A stretch of 44,088 nucleotides of DNA from a virus (IMGVR_UViG_2541047912_000004:1-44088), one strand, 5' to 3'; positions 1 through 10,500 are shown, counted from the stretch's first letter. A program made the numbers and translations. The notes: generated by a model from the sequence alone, not told the origin.

Positions 1-1131
1 CTAAGCCGCGTGCTGCGATTCAGGGTTTACAGGCTCTCCGTGGGCTAACACTGCCAGCCCGGCAGCTTTAATATTACGTGCCGCGTTAATGTCGCGATCA
101 TGGTCTGCGCCGCATTCAGGGCAGTGCCATTTACGAACATTAAGAGGCATTTTTTGCATGGTGAAACCGCAGCAACTACAGCATTTTGAGGACGGTAAAT
201 ACTGGTCAATGGCGACCACTGACCGCCCGGCCCATTTGCCTTTGTACTGGAGCTGGCGAACAAGTTCGCTCCAGCCTGCGTCAGCTATTGCTTTAGACAG
301 CTTCGGGTTGCGGATCATGTTTTTCACCTTGAGGGATTCGACGCAAACAACTTGGTTTTCGTTAATCAGTTTGCGGGACAACTTGTGCAGATTGTCCATC
401 CGGCAATCGGCGATTTTCGCGTGGAGTCGGGCGACCTTTAAGCGGGCTTTAATACGGTTTCTTGAGCCTTTTTGCTTCCTGCTTAAACGTCGCTGTAGCA
501 GCGTTAATCGCTTCGCATATTTAGCGGTGTGGCGGGGATTGTCGGTTTTGAATCCGGTATCGGTGACGAATAAATCTTTTAAGCCCACATCAATGCCGAC
601 CGTTTTAGCGGTAACAGGCATTGATACAGGTTCAAACTCACACAGGCAGGAAACAAAGTACCTGCCAGCGCTATCTCTGGAAATGGTAACGGTTGACGGC
701 GCAGATGGTAATTCTCGACTCCAGCGAACATCCAGCGGCGACTTGCTCTTTGCTATATACAACTCGCCGTCACGGTGTTTAAACGCGCTGGCAGTGAACT
801 CAGCCACCTGTTTGTGCCGTTTGCTTTTGAAAGCCGGATATGCAACTCGTCCAGCAAAGAAGTTAGCAAAGGCGGCTTGTTGGTGGCGCAACGACTGCTG
901 GAGGGGAACGCAGGAAACATCATTCAGCCATATGTATTCAGGCTCTTTTTTGAGCGCCGTAAGGCGAGCGTTGGCCTGTAGATAACCGATCTTTTCTTTT
1001 CGCTCGTAGTACGCATCGGTACGCCAACGAAGGATGGAATTGTAGACGAAGCGCACACAGCCAAACGTCTGAGCTAAAAGCTCAGCCTGCTCAGTTGTCG
1101 GGTAAAACCGGTATTTATATGCGCGTTTCAT
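1..1131 (-). CDS. tnpB: IS200/IS605-family TnpB (OrfB) RuvC-like nuclease; solo copy, no tnpA in window
   Basis: 376-aa ORF with the typical OrfB N-terminus (YKYRFYPT..EQ), RuvC-like motifs (GIDVGL, DxDINAARNI) and a C-terminal CxxC..CxxC zinc finger. ATG at 1129..1131, stop at window position 1..3. Lies outside the prophage. Confidence 0.85.
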   Translation of the reverse strand: MKRAYKYRFYPTTEQAELLAQTFGCVRFVYNSILRWRTDAYYERKEKIGYLQANARLTALKKEPEYIWLNDVSCVPLQQSLRHQQAAFANFFAGRVAYPAFKSKRHKQVAEFTASAFKHRDGELYIAKSKSPLDVRWSRELPSAPSTVTISRDSAGRYFVSCLCEFEPVSMPVTAKTVGIDVGLKDLFVTDTGFKTDNPRHTAKYAKRLTLLQRRLSRKQKGSRNRIKARLKVARLHAKIADCRMDNLHKLSRKLINENQVVCVESLKVKNMIRNPKLSKAIADAGWSELVRQLQYKGKWAGRSVVAIDQYLPSSKCCSCCGFTMQKMPLNVRKWHCPECGADHDRDINAARNIKAAGLAVLAHGEPVNPESQHAA

Positions 1132-1239
1132 GTGTTCACATACTAAAGAGGAAAATGTGATTATGCAAAGTACAGTTAGTCGGAAAACCGCCTCCTTTCC
1201 TCCCCGGTCTGAAGGCCGAGGTTTCCCGGAGGCATTCTA

Positions 1240-1716
1240 ATGAAACTCATCAGTAACGATCTGCGCGATGGCGATAAGCTGCCGCATCGTCATGTCTTTA
1301 ACGGCATGGGTTACGATGGCGATAATATTTCACCGCATCTGGCGTGGGATGATGTTCCTGTGGGAACGAAAAGTTTTGTTGTCACCTGCTACGACCCGGA
1401 TGCGCCAACCGGCTCCGGCTGGTGGCACTGGGTAGTTGTTAATTTACCCGCTGATACCCGCGTATTACCGCAAGGGTTTGGCTCTGGTCTGGTAGCAATG
1501 CCAGACGGCGTTTTGCAGACGCGTACCGACTTTGGTAAAACCGGATACGATGGCGCAGCGCCGCCGAAAGGCGAAACCCATCGCTACATTTTTACCGTTC
1601 ACGCGCTGGATGTAGAACGTATTGATGTCGATGAAGGTGCCAGCGGCGCGATGGTCGGGTTTAACGTTCATTTTCACTCTCTGGCGAGTGCCTCGATTAC
1701 TGCGATGTTTAGTTAA
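1240..1716 (+). CDS. ybhB: YbhB-like PEBP/UPF0098 family protein (host gene flanking the lambda attachment site)
   Basis: 158-aa protein with no signal peptide and PEBP-family-like sequence. GGAGG Shine-Dalgarno upstream of the ATG. Position next to the lambda attB-like junction matches the ybhB-att-ybhC arrangement I recall for E. coli. Confidence 0.8.
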   Translation: MKLISNDLRDGDKLPHRHVFNGMGYDGDNISPHLAWDDVPVGTKSFVVTCYDPDAPTGSGWWHWVVVNLPADTRVLPQGFGSGLVAMPDGVLQTRTDFGKTGYDGAAPPKGETHRYIFTVHALDVERIDVDEGASGAMVGFNVHFHSLASASITAMFS

Positions 1717-1806
1717 TCACTCTGCCAGATGGCGCAATGCCATCTGGTATCACTTAAAGGTATTAAAAACAACTTTTTGTCTTTTTACCTTCCCGTTTCG
1801 CTCAAG

Positions 1807-1821
1807 TTAGTATAAAAAAGT
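1807..1821. other. attR: Prophage attachment junction, lambda core copy 1 (bacterial B' arm on the left, phage P arm on the right)
   Basis: TTAGTATAAAAAAGT matches the reverse complement of the lambda 15-bp core GCTTTTTTATACTAA at 14/15. The left flank cgtttcgctcaag is the complement of the attB arm ACTTGAGCGAAACG. The right flank (about 1822..1975) resembles the lambda P arm (gtgacctgtaacaga is the complement of TCTGTTACAGGTCAC). Confidence 0.8.
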
Positions 1822-2343
1822 TGAATGTGAAACGGTAAAAACCATTAATATCAACGCATTATAATTGATTCAGTCTAAAAAATAGACTGCATAATGCTAC
1901 AAAACACAACATATCCAGTCACTATGAATCAACCACTTAGATAGTATTAGTGACCTGTAACAGAGCATTAGCGCAAGGTGATTTTTTGTCTTCTTGCGCT
2001 AATTTTTTGTCAACATACTGGGTTATCTGAATTTACAACCATGCTCAGTATCTCGATAAGCGCAGGGAGATGATGCAGTGGTGGGCGGACTGGATTGATG
2101 AAAAGGTGGAGTAATCCATCTTAACTATCGAATGGCACAAAGCCTCGCAATCCAGTGCAAAGCTTTGTGTGTCTCATCAACTACCGCAAGTATCGATCGA
2201 TTGAGACTTGGATGATAGAATAAATTCGTAGCACTGTTTTTTAAAGTATCATCTCGCTCATGGTTACGTGATAGAAAAAGGACAAAATAATCTTAAATTT
2301 AAAAGCATATAAATCATACAAATAAAATTGTGGTGGGTGCGTA

Positions 2344-3342
2344 ATGTCTGATATTCGACAAAATAGAATAGAGTTAAATGAAGTGCATATAGCTCGCTCC
2401 ATGGCTATATTTCTAGTTGTTTTACTTCATTCTTCAGGTGCTTTTTTTATGCAGTTTGGAGATCATTGGTGGATTGTTAATTTATACAGTTCTTTTTCAA
2501 GGCAGTGTATAGGTCTTTTTTTTCTTATCACTGGATACCTTTTTTATGAAAAAAACATAAACCCAACAGCACACCTAAAAAAAGGAGTGTCGAGATTGAT
2601 AATACCATTCATATTTTGGTGGGTGGTATATTATATCTACAATACAGAGATTAACAACAAATCATATAATTCTATATTTCAACCAAGTGAGGTACACCTT
2701 TGGTTTATGTATGCATATATTTGTATATATATGTTTTTACCAATAATTTGCAACTCATTAAAACACATACCAACATATTACATTTTAATTATTGTAAGCA
2801 TGCTTTTTTACTCAAATTCCATTGTTCCTGTAGTTGATAAAACGATAATGAAGGTAACATGGTTTGATGTAAAACTAGTGTCTGAAAATGGGATATATAT
2901 CCTTATTGGGGCAATAATAAGGAGATATAACGATAAAATAAAAAAATGCAATGCAGTGATACCATTGGTGATTATTGTTATGTCGTGCCTGTTAACATCA
3001 ATGGCGTCTAGTTGGTGGTCTGAAATAACAGGCAGGCCTGAGCAGTTTTTCTTTAAAAATACATCTCCACTTGTATTAATATGTGTTATTTCTTCATTTA
3101 CATTATGCATGTCATACTCAAAAATAATTAGCAAAAGATTAATGAATTTATTTACATCAATATCAAATGTTTCATTTGGTATATACTTCGTCCATTTCTT
3201 TTTTGTTCGAGAAATTAGACTCGGGTATAATCAAGAAAACGCATATTTCATGATACCATTGCTAACAATCATTTATTTTTTAATGTCATATTGCATATCA
3301 ATAATTCTAAGCAAGATCCCTTTGCTTAGAAAAGTAATATAA
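2344..3342 (+). CDS. Integral-membrane acyltransferase family 3 protein (O-antigen acetylase-like, candidate lysogenic conversion gene)
   Basis: 332-aa highly hydrophobic multi-pass protein. The N-terminal region carries an R..A..LVVLLH motif typical of acyltransferase-3 enzymes. Strongly AT-rich. Convergent with the tailspike, with adjacent stop codons. Placement after the tailspike and next to att parallels oac in phage Sf6. Confidence 0.75.
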   Translation: MSDIRQNRIELNEVHIARSMAIFLVVLLHSSGAFFMQFGDHWWIVNLYSSFSRQCIGLFFLITGYLFYEKNINPTAHLKKGVSRLIIPFIFWWVVYYIYNTEINNKSYNSIFQPSEVHLWFMYAYICIYMFLPIICNSLKHIPTYYILIIVSMLFYSNSIVPVVDKTIMKVTWFDVKLVSENGIYILIGAIIRRYNDKIKKCNAVIPLVIIVMSCLLTSMASSWWSEITGRPEQFFFKNTSPLVLICVISSFTLCMSYSKIISKRLMNLFTSISNVSFGIYFVHFFFVREIRLGYNQENAYFMIPLLTIIYFLMSYCISIILSKIPLLRKVI

Positions 3343-5589
3343 TTATGGATTATTAACCTTCCATCTTTTATCATAGTAATGCAAATATCCCTGAGACGTT
3401 AGTGTCATATGGACAATCGCTTGGGATATTTGCGCGTTCTGAAAATTAACTCTAATAAATACTTGAGTGCCAATTGTTATTTTTGATACAGATATCCCGT
3501 CAAGAGTCTTGTCTCCTTGTATTTTATTAACCCAAACACCTGACGAAGACAAGGTTGCCTGATCCTTTCCGCTTATACTAAATATAATTTTACCTCCTGT
3601 TGCCAGTGAGGTGTTTACTCCATTTTGAGATATTGGAATTATTGTAATTTCACCAGCAATGAAAACACCATTTTTGTATTTAGATTCCTCACCTTGTTCA
3701 CAAATTAAAATATCAATACATCTACCCCATGGTACTAGGATTGTTGCATTTTCAGTTTTTACTTGTGGATATACAGCTGAAACACCTGCAGATTCGAAAT
3801 TTTTTGCTGATAAAACAACTCCGTCAGATCCATTTCTAAATCCCATTCCTGTATGATCACCGTATGTCCTTCCATGAGAGATGAATCCTCTTACATACTC
3901 TTCGGATACTACGCTACCAGTGGTTTCCTTCTGAAAGATAAATGTTTCACCAAAAGAAAAACCACGACATTGGTATTGGCTCTGATAATTTTCTGAGTTC
4001 TTAAAAAAGGAAATGCCTTTATATGCTGTTACATAGCCAGATCTAAATTGAACGGAAACAGGGGTTGTTTGTTCATCTGGAGGTAACTCCACAAAATGTG
4101 TAACATTTTGGCTGTTTGATTCCTGTAACCATACAGAAACACCATCTATAATCATGGTTGAAAATCTACTGTTTATTTCTAACTCAGAAAAATCAAGAAC
4201 ATGATCACCTGTAACACCCTCAACTCCAAACCCATCAATACTTAAAGACCTGAACTGATAGAATTTATGCGGTAACTCACAACCATCAGCTGCAATATTC
4301 ATTGCGCTAGTGTACATTAATGGGTAAGGACTTATAATTGGTTCATATGTTTCTCTATCTATTGCAGCCCCCCAAAGATACCCAACATTACAATGTCTTG
4401 CCCAGTTGGAAGAGAATGTAGTAGATGTGCCAGCCAAACCGAAACCATAGATACAATCATATGCTTGGTTGTTTGTAACATTACTGACAAAGCATGATAA
4501 GGGAAGTGCAAATTTATAATGTAGAAATATGTTATTTTTAATATCATATTCACTACCCCCGCCAAAGGTTTGTGTTTGACCAGAAATGACCAATGGGCTA
4601 CCTGAATATTCATCGTCAGCGTTGCGAAAACACATATTCTTTACTTTAAGATTGTGCCCCCAACTTCCCATAACAAAACCACCACTTCCTGATGTATAAA
4701 CAATACTTTTTTGTGGATTAATCCCATATAGATTTAGACTAATCCCTTCCCATCTAAACTGGCTAATGTCAATTTGAGTGTTACCAATATATATAGGCTG
4801 GTCTATGAAAACAGGAAGTTTAGTTAGATAAGCTTTATTAAGTGCTAATCCATCATTTGTTACACCTGTTAAATCAACGCCACCCATGCTTGGCGCTCTA
4901 GGATACCCTGTGGCCTGAATAGTACTCCAGTCAATATATGGAGCATCCATCCACGCTCCAAACATACGTGGTGTTACGTACCCCTTACCTTGAAGATCAC
5001 GTTTCCAGCGTTTACCACCCGCAGTGACAATGACCATGCCGTTATCATCTGCAGAAGTAGAATCTGTGAAATCGGCCACAAACAGACCACCACCAGTATC
5101 ACCTGATACTGTCGGCTTCATGCCTGTAGTGTGGAAGTCGACGAAAATCTTTTGCTGATCTCGCTCAGGCTCAATTGTCCTTAACATTGCTATATCAGGG
5201 CATGTCCCGATGTATTTAAGACCGTCTTCCCCTGATAGAGATACTTTAAGCTGATCAGGATCATACTTCAGCACATTTGGGAATTTGAACTGCTGTGCAC
5301 CATATGCATCATAAACAGCCATAGAATGGCCTTGCACAGTTACGAACTTGGCAATCTGTCCGTTATATACCGGATATCCAGCATCGTTAATGATGATTGG
5401 TTGCGAAACAGGAACGTGAGAACCGTCTTCATTCTCCACATAAACCTGAATCTGGTTTTCAGGATTTACCGGGTCAGTGTCAATTTTACCGATATAAATT
5501 TTGCCATTGGCTACGGCTTTAAAAGAACGAGCCATAGTGAAGAGTTGCGAAGGCATGCTTACCACAACATTTGCGGTGATATCTGACAT
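3343..5589 (-). CDS. Tailspike protein (P22 gp9-like N-terminal head-binding domain, divergent C-terminal receptor-binding domain)
   Basis: The N-terminus [43 protein letters not shown] closely matches the P22 tailspike head-binding domain. Start set at the internal ATG 5587..5589 (GGAG upstream); the ORF track extends 16 codons further. Confidence 0.85.
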   Translation of the reverse strand: MSDITANVVVSMPSQLFTMARSFKAVANGKIYIGKIDTDPVNPENQIQVYVENEDGSHVPVSQPIIINDAGYPVYNGQIAKFVTVQGHSMAVYDAYGAQQFKFPNVLKYDPDQLKVSLSGEDGLKYIGTCPDIAMLRTIEPERDQQKIFVDFHTTGMKPTVSGDTGGGLFVADFTDSTSADDNGMVIVTAGGKRWKRDLQGKGYVTPRMFGAWMDAPYIDWSTIQATGYPRAPSMGGVDLTGVTNDGLALNKAYLTKLPVFIDQPIYIGNTQIDISQFRWEGISLNLYGINPQKSIVYTSGSGGFVMGSWGHNLKVKNMCFRNADDEYSGSPLVISGQTQTFGGGSEYDIKNNIFLHYKFALPLSCFVSNVTNNQAYDCIYGFGLAGTSTTFSSNWARHCNVGYLWGAAIDRETYEPIISPYPLMYTSAMNIAADGCELPHKFYQFRSLSIDGFGVEGVTGDHVLDFSELEINSRFSTMIIDGVSVWLQESNSQNVTHFVELPPDEQTTPVSVQFRSGYVTAYKGISFFKNSENYQSQYQCRGFSFGETFIFQKETTGSVVSEEYVRGFISHGRTYGDHTGMGFRNGSDGVVLSAKNFESAGVSAVYPQVKTENATILVPWGRCIDILICEQGEESKYKNGVFIAGEITIIPISQNGVNTSLATGGKIIFSISGKDQATLSSSGVWVNKIQGDKTLDGISVSKITIGTQVFIRVNFQNAQISQAIVHMTLTSQGYLHYYDKRWKVNNP

Positions 5590-5677
5590 TTCATTGCTCC
5601 AGACGAATGATATGATGCAACCATGATGTGATTGCATACCGAAATGGTACTATTGAGTATTTATCCAGTAGGTTACG

Positions 5678-5971
5678 ATGCCATTCCACCCAACTGGTGA
5701 GGCATCAAGGATGTACAGCAAATACGACGAGGCGCAGTTTCACTTGAGACTTCCGCATGAACTCCACGCGAAAATTAAGCAGCGTGCGAAGATGAATAAC
5801 AGGTCGCTGAACTCAGAGATAATTGCAGCGATTGAAGAATCATTGGCTAAACAAAGCTCTGCATCAGTTTACATTGACGATGCAGAGCGTATGGCAGAAC
5901 AACAATCTGATATAGTTAAGAAAATTGTCTTTGATACGCTCAAAGAGCTATATAAAAAAGACAGCAGCTAA
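5678..5971 (+). CDS. mnt: Mnt-like ribbon-helix-helix repressor
   Basis: Similar to P22 Mnt (..NNRSLNSEI.., AERMAEQQSDIVKKIVFDTLKELYKK versus P22 AERLADEQSELVKKMVFDTLKDLYKK). An alternative start at ATG 5711 gives 86 aa, closer to P22 Mnt length. Confidence 0.7.
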   Translation: MPFHPTGEASRMYSKYDEAQFHLRLPHELHAKIKQRAKMNNRSLNSEIIAAIEESLAKQSSASVYIDDAERMAEQQSDIVKKIVFDTLKELYKKDSS

Positions 5972-6060
5972 CCATCAGTTACGGAGGATTTATGCAAAGA
6001 GATATGATGAATATTGCGTTCTACATATTTGGTTTTTGCACGTTCCTGGTGTTTGAAAAG

Positions 6061-8058
6061 CTATTCTGACAAAGCATCAGACTTAGCCCCCTGCGTCAGA
6101 GCGTTAATTGCCTTTTGTGCCTGCTGCATTGCTTTCTCAAAGGCTGTTGATCCGCGTGGGGTGTTTGCCATTCGGAGCATTGCATTTCTGAATGGTTCGC
6201 TCTCATAGGCGCGAGTAAGAAGTCCGTAGCTTACCGCTGCGCCAGTTGTCGCCGGGTTCATTGCCGTCCCATACCCGATAATGAACGGGATGGTTTGCTG
6301 CCCTGTTGGTGTTGTTACTGCCGCTTTTGCAGCCTGCTGCGTGGATTGCAGGTAGTTTTTCAATCCTTTCAGATAAGCAGCGTCCTGCCCCTTAAATGTG
6401 ATGCCAGTCTGGTTTTGCAGGATGTTAAGCTGTCGAAGGAACTGGTCAGGGGATCCGCCAGATTTCTCCATCGCCTTTCCAATGATGCCATTGCGCATTT
6501 GCGCCCTGCCAACACGACCAACTGAGTTATACAGAGTCTTAATTTCCGATTTGTTCTTGCTGAATATCATGTTGTTGACAACTTCCGGCGTCAGATCGCC
6601 TTTCATGAGAACATTCTTCAGCCTGGTATTCTTTAGTTTCGCTGCTTCGTCAGCATAGACGGCATTGGCCTGCTGATATTTACGGAGAGTATCGTTGCCA
6701 AGATTCTGACCAATGGCACCATTGATATCGTCGGTCATTGCCTTGTAAACGCGCTGAATGGCAGCATCGGAACGGTTTGGTAGCACTGGTCGTTCACCCT
6801 TCACGTCCATTCTGAACTGGCTGCGCAGATCGCTTAATTGCTTCAAATCCAGATTTACCGGACCATCAGGACCAGCATTGCGAATAAGCTCATCACGATA
6901 GGATTGAAGTTTTGAAATCGTCTCGCTATCAGCGACCTTACCAAGCTTCTGCAGGTTAGATATCTCAGTATCAATCTGCTGAATTGCTCGCACAGGCTGA
7001 ATGTTTACTCCAGCCATAGCATTCTGAACCTGCTCCAGTCGATTACCGGCAGCACGACGAATTCCTGATGTTTTCGCTTTAAGGCTGTCAATAACAACTG
7101 CCGGATCGTACTCGCCGAATTTATCAGCAAATCTCTGCACCAACTGGCTTCTCGCTTCCTGTTGCGTTGCTCTCATTCCGCTTGTGCCAGCCAGAGGGAT
7201 ATTTTCTGCTGTAGTCTGCGCCATTTTTCCGACGCGGGAAGTTGGTTGTAACAGGTCTGTGGTGTGCAGAGGAACTCCTTCACGCTCTGCAAATCTGATA
7301 GCCTGTTGCGCTTCTGGCGCAATAGAACCACGAACGCCACGATAAGCAGCACCTAACCCACGTCCGGCAGCGTTAATAGCACTGCCAGCCAGCACACCAA
7401 CGCCTAAATCGGTGGCGAGTGCTTCCGCATCATCTTTCGCACTATTTGCAGCAAGTGATCCAACTGCGTTCTCAGCGAGAAGGCGAGTTGCCCCCTGAGC
7501 AATTCGACCAGCAAGTGTTGGTGCCTGTGCTGCCGCTCTCTCAACGCCAGCAGGAGTGAGGTAAGGCAATGCTTCAGCAAATACCCTTCCCTCTGTCGTT
7601 TGTGGAGTCAGCGCGCCTTGCTGAAGGCCAAAGCCCTGCTCTAATCCCTGCGTTGTTACTCGTGGCGCTGGTTGATATGTACCATCGCCAATACCGAGTT
7701 TACCGCCAGCCCAAGCCGCAGCGCTTGTTACAGCATCGGCAACTGATGCAGGTATGTTTGCCACGTTCACGCCAGCCTGCACCAGTCCGCGACCAGTCTC
7801 TTTTACTGCTTCGCCAAGATCAGACATAAATCCATTTTGCTGTGGTTGTTGCTGTGCTACTGGTTGTTGTGTCTCCACTGGCTGCACAGATGGCAATGGA
7901 TAGGCAGCATAGAAAGCTTGCTTAGCCTGCTCTGCATTGTCTCCGGCTTGCGGGGCAACGACTTCATTGAAGTATTGCTCCTGAGCCTGCACTTTTTGTT
8001 CTGGTGCTAACGCCTGATACTGTGGAGAGGCGATAACATCTTTCCATGCTTTAGCCAT
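6061..8058 (-). CDS. Ejection (internal virion) protein, P22 gp16-like
   Basis: 665-aa Ala/Gln/Gly-rich protein at the gp16 position of the P22 order (14-7-20-16). Start overlaps the stop of the upstream gene. Confidence 0.6.
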   Translation of the reverse strand: MAKAWKDVIASPQYQALAPEQKVQAQEQYFNEVVAPQAGDNAEQAKQAFYAAYPLPSVQPVETQQPVAQQQPQQNGFMSDLGEAVKETGRGLVQAGVNVANIPASVADAVTSAAAWAGGKLGIGDGTYQPAPRVTTQGLEQGFGLQQGALTPQTTEGRVFAEALPYLTPAGVERAAAQAPTLAGRIAQGATRLLAENAVGSLAANSAKDDAEALATDLGVGVLAGSAINAAGRGLGAAYRGVRGSIAPEAQQAIRFAEREGVPLHTTDLLQPTSRVGKMAQTTAENIPLAGTSGMRATQQEARSQLVQRFADKFGEYDPAVVIDSLKAKTSGIRRAAGNRLEQVQNAMAGVNIQPVRAIQQIDTEISNLQKLGKVADSETISKLQSYRDELIRNAGPDGPVNLDLKQLSDLRSQFRMDVKGERPVLPNRSDAAIQRVYKAMTDDINGAIGQNLGNDTLRKYQQANAVYADEAAKLKNTRLKNVLMKGDLTPEVVNNMIFSKNKSEIKTLYNSVGRVGRAQMRNGIIGKAMEKSGGSPDQFLRQLNILQNQTGITFKGQDAAYLKGLKNYLQSTQQAAKAAVTTPTGQQTIPFIIGYGTAMNPATTGAAVSYGLLTRAYESEPFRNAMLRMANTPRGSTAFEKAMQQAQKAINALTQGAKSDALSE

Positions 8059-9359
8059 TAATCACCCCATAGTGAAGAAAAGTTACTGCCAGTAGTAGAT
8101 TGTTGCCCTGGCATATTCTGCACCGGCTCCTGATAATCAAACTGTTTTTTAACAGTGTTCAACTTGCTTTCAAGCTGATTTCTAATCTTTCCGATAGAGT
8201 CACGAAAAGCCTTTTCACTCATTTTGGGGCTTAGGGCACCAACCGCATCGGATAATTTTTTACCCTCAGCATCTGAAAGAGCGCCCATACCCTTCAGGGA
8301 CTGCACCATAGGAAGGAATGTTTGAGCTTTAAAGGTGTCGAGCCTTGCTTCAAAGTTAGCTGCATCAGAGCCAGGAACTGTCGGAAACGCTGAGCGAATT
8401 CCTACTGCTTTTGAAAGGCCGGGGCTTTGCTCTATCTCGTTGAGAGAATCAAGCGCGGTGCTGAACGTATCAACTGCACCCTGAGCGGCGGCCTGCCTGT
8501 CAGCGCGTGCTATGTCAGCCTTTTGCCGAACATCTTCCTGTTTCTGTTTTAGCTCTTCAAGCTTTAACTGATTGCTTTCTCTGGCTATCTGTCTGTCCAG
8601 AGCCTTTTCTTGTAATTCTGCTCTTTGTATTTCACGGGAAAGAGCAGCATTCTGTGCGCTGATGTTCTGTCCACGTATCTGGATGTCCTGACCTCGAGCT
8701 GTTAATGCTTCTCCTGCCTGATTGCTGCGGATTGTCTCTGCCAGTCTGCCTCGGTCAATCTCACGACCAGCCATCTTGTCCTGAACATTGAAGTAGTCAA
8801 TCGGACCGAGAGCAGCCATCCCAAGGTGATCAACAAACTCACCAAATCCTGAAGGATTCTGCTGATACATCTGAGAAACGCTGTTAGGGTCAACACCGAC
8901 GCGCGCCAGCTCCTTGGCGTTGTTTTGCAGCCATGATTGCATTGCTTCTGGAGACGAGGCCGCAAGGCGTGCGCCAGCCGCTAAGGTGCCTATAGAATTG
9001 CGCTGGTCTTCGTCTGCCCACTTCATACCAGACTGAATCTTCTCTAATTGACCAGGATATTTGGTCATCAGATCTCGAACCTGCTGTCGATCACCTGACT
9101 GGATGGCTGCCGCATATTCTTTTTGGAATGCAGCATCCGCTTCCTGTTGCTTTGCGGCTTGATATGTTTGAGCGACACTACCCAGTCCCTGCAACGCCTG
9201 AAGGCCGATGTTATTGCGACCTGAACGCTCCATTTCGTTGTTCTGGCGAATATAGGCCAACGCCTCACTTACATCACTTGCCTTTGGCGCATTTGAGTTT
9301 TGCCCACCGATACCAGCAAGAAAACCGCCTGAGTTGATTCCTTGTTGCCAAGTAGCCAT
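8058..9359 (-). CDS. Ejection protein, P22 gp20-like
   Basis: 433-aa protein at the gp20 position in the P22-like late operon; coiled-coil-rich. Confidence 0.6.
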   Translation of the reverse strand: MATWQQGINSGGFLAGIGGQNSNAPKASDVSEALAYIRQNNEMERSGRNNIGLQALQGLGSVAQTYQAAKQQEADAAFQKEYAAAIQSGDRQQVRDLMTKYPGQLEKIQSGMKWADEDQRNSIGTLAAGARLAASSPEAMQSWLQNNAKELARVGVDPNSVSQMYQQNPSGFGEFVDHLGMAALGPIDYFNVQDKMAGREIDRGRLAETIRSNQAGEALTARGQDIQIRGQNISAQNAALSREIQRAELQEKALDRQIARESNQLKLEELKQKQEDVRQKADIARADRQAAAQGAVDTFSTALDSLNEIEQSPGLSKAVGIRSAFPTVPGSDAANFEARLDTFKAQTFLPMVQSLKGMGALSDAEGKKLSDAVGALSPKMSEKAFRDSIGKIRNQLESKLNTVKKQFDYQEPVQNMPGQQSTTGSNFSSLWGD

Positions 9360-9368
9360 ATTCCCACC

Positions 9369-10043
9369 TTAAAACAATGATCCAAGACCACCGATAATGC
9401 CGCCACCAATAGCGCCAACAGCCGTACCTATTCCTGGCACCACAGAGCCAATCATCGCCCCTGATGCCGCACCGCTCATGGCACCGCCCAAAGCTGATTG
9501 CAGTCCTGATGGTCGGTTAGCATTAGCCGCAGATGCTGCCGCCTGCTGTTGATACAATTGGCTGACGTTGTTAGCGTAGTTCTGTCCGGCATTTGCCTGA
9601 CCTGTAAGAGCACCAAGGCCGATATTTGCCAGATTGTTGTAGTTGTTCATCTGACCTGACAGCCAGTTTTGACCGAGTGTAGGTGCGATTGCTGCCAACT
9701 GGTTTCCTGTTGCTGTAGAGCCTAATCCACCAGTTGCCTCTGCTGCTGCCAGACTCTGGTAACGCGCCTGCCCTGCAAGGTCTTTGTACTGCTGGGAGTT
9801 GTAATACTGGTTAAGAGCCTGACCTTGCCCCTGAAGAGAGGAAAGATTCTGCAACTCTGATACGTACTGTTGAGCGAGTGGCGTGAACGGTGCAAGGTTT
9901 TGCATGTTCGTTTGCCACATTTCACGCTGCAGTTCGATACCCTTTTCAGTTGCGCGTGCCTGGGCTTTTGAACCGCCATCACTGCCACCTTTGCAGTAAA
10001 CAGCTTTGCTGAGGTGCTTATTGGCAATCTGGAAAATTAACAT
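9369..10043 (-). CDS. Ejection protein, P22 gp7-like
   Basis: 224-aa protein with a Gly/Ala-rich C-terminus at the gp7 position. The start is uncertain; the ORF overlaps the upstream gene by 26 nt. Confidence 0.55.
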   Translation of the reverse strand: MLIFQIANKHLSKAVYCKGGSDGGSKAQARATEKGIELQREMWQTNMQNLAPFTPLAQQYVSELQNLSSLQGQGQALNQYYNSQQYKDLAGQARYQSLAAAEATGGLGSTATGNQLAAIAPTLGQNWLSGQMNNYNNLANIGLGALTGQANAGQNYANNVSQLYQQQAAASAANANRPSGLQSALGGAMSGAASGAMIGSVVPGIGTAVGAIGGGIIGGLGSLF

Positions 10044-10500
10044 TCTTTAGCTCCTCGTATTTTGAGCGCGGTAACTGATAAATCGTGATGCCTACAGGCT
10101 TTCCATTGCTGGTATAAGCATCATCAAGGTGACCAACACGGGTAGCGCCAAGCAAACGGATAATTGACCGTCCGTATTTCGTGGTGTCAGGAACCATGGT
10201 AATGCTGTTAAGGAATGGTGAGTTTTCGAGAAGCCATTTGCAGAATAATCGATGCCCTTGCAGTGCATATTCGCCACGGAATCCGGGGTCATACACCGCA
10301 TGGCATTCAACAACGCTATGCCAGAAGTTACGCACTTCATGAACGCCAGCCAGCACTAATCCTTCGTAGATGCCGAGATATACCGCATCAGGCTTGATGT
10401 AGTATTTATCTCCACTGTCTACGATATTTCCCGTGTTTGCCGGGTTATTGAGGAATTCTGCAAGCTTCACCGGATTATCGATGAGCTTTATTTCCATCAC
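10018..10500 (-). CDS. Virion assembly protein, P22 gp14-like (assigned by position)
   Basis: 160-aa protein between the tail needle and gp7-like genes, as in P22 gene order. Confidence 0.5.
   Translation of the reverse strand: MMEIKLIDNPVKLAEFLNNPANTGNIVDSGDKYYIKPDAVYLGIYEGLVLAGVHEVRNFWHSVVECHAVYDPGFRGEYALQGHRLFCKWLLENSPFLNSITMVPDTTKYGRSIIRLLGATRVGHLDDAYTSNGKPVGITIYQLPRSKYEELKNVNFPDCQ

Noticed and set aside
89-985. 298-aa ORF on the plus strand entirely antisense to tnpB
   Set aside because: Fully overlaps the well-supported tnpB reading frame on the opposite strand and has no motif or ribosome-binding site; a typical shadow ORF.
1807-1821. Possibility that the prophage integrated into a tRNA gene
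   Set aside because: No tRNA-like sequence flanks either junction; the flanks match the intergenic lambda attB arms between ybhB and ybhC.
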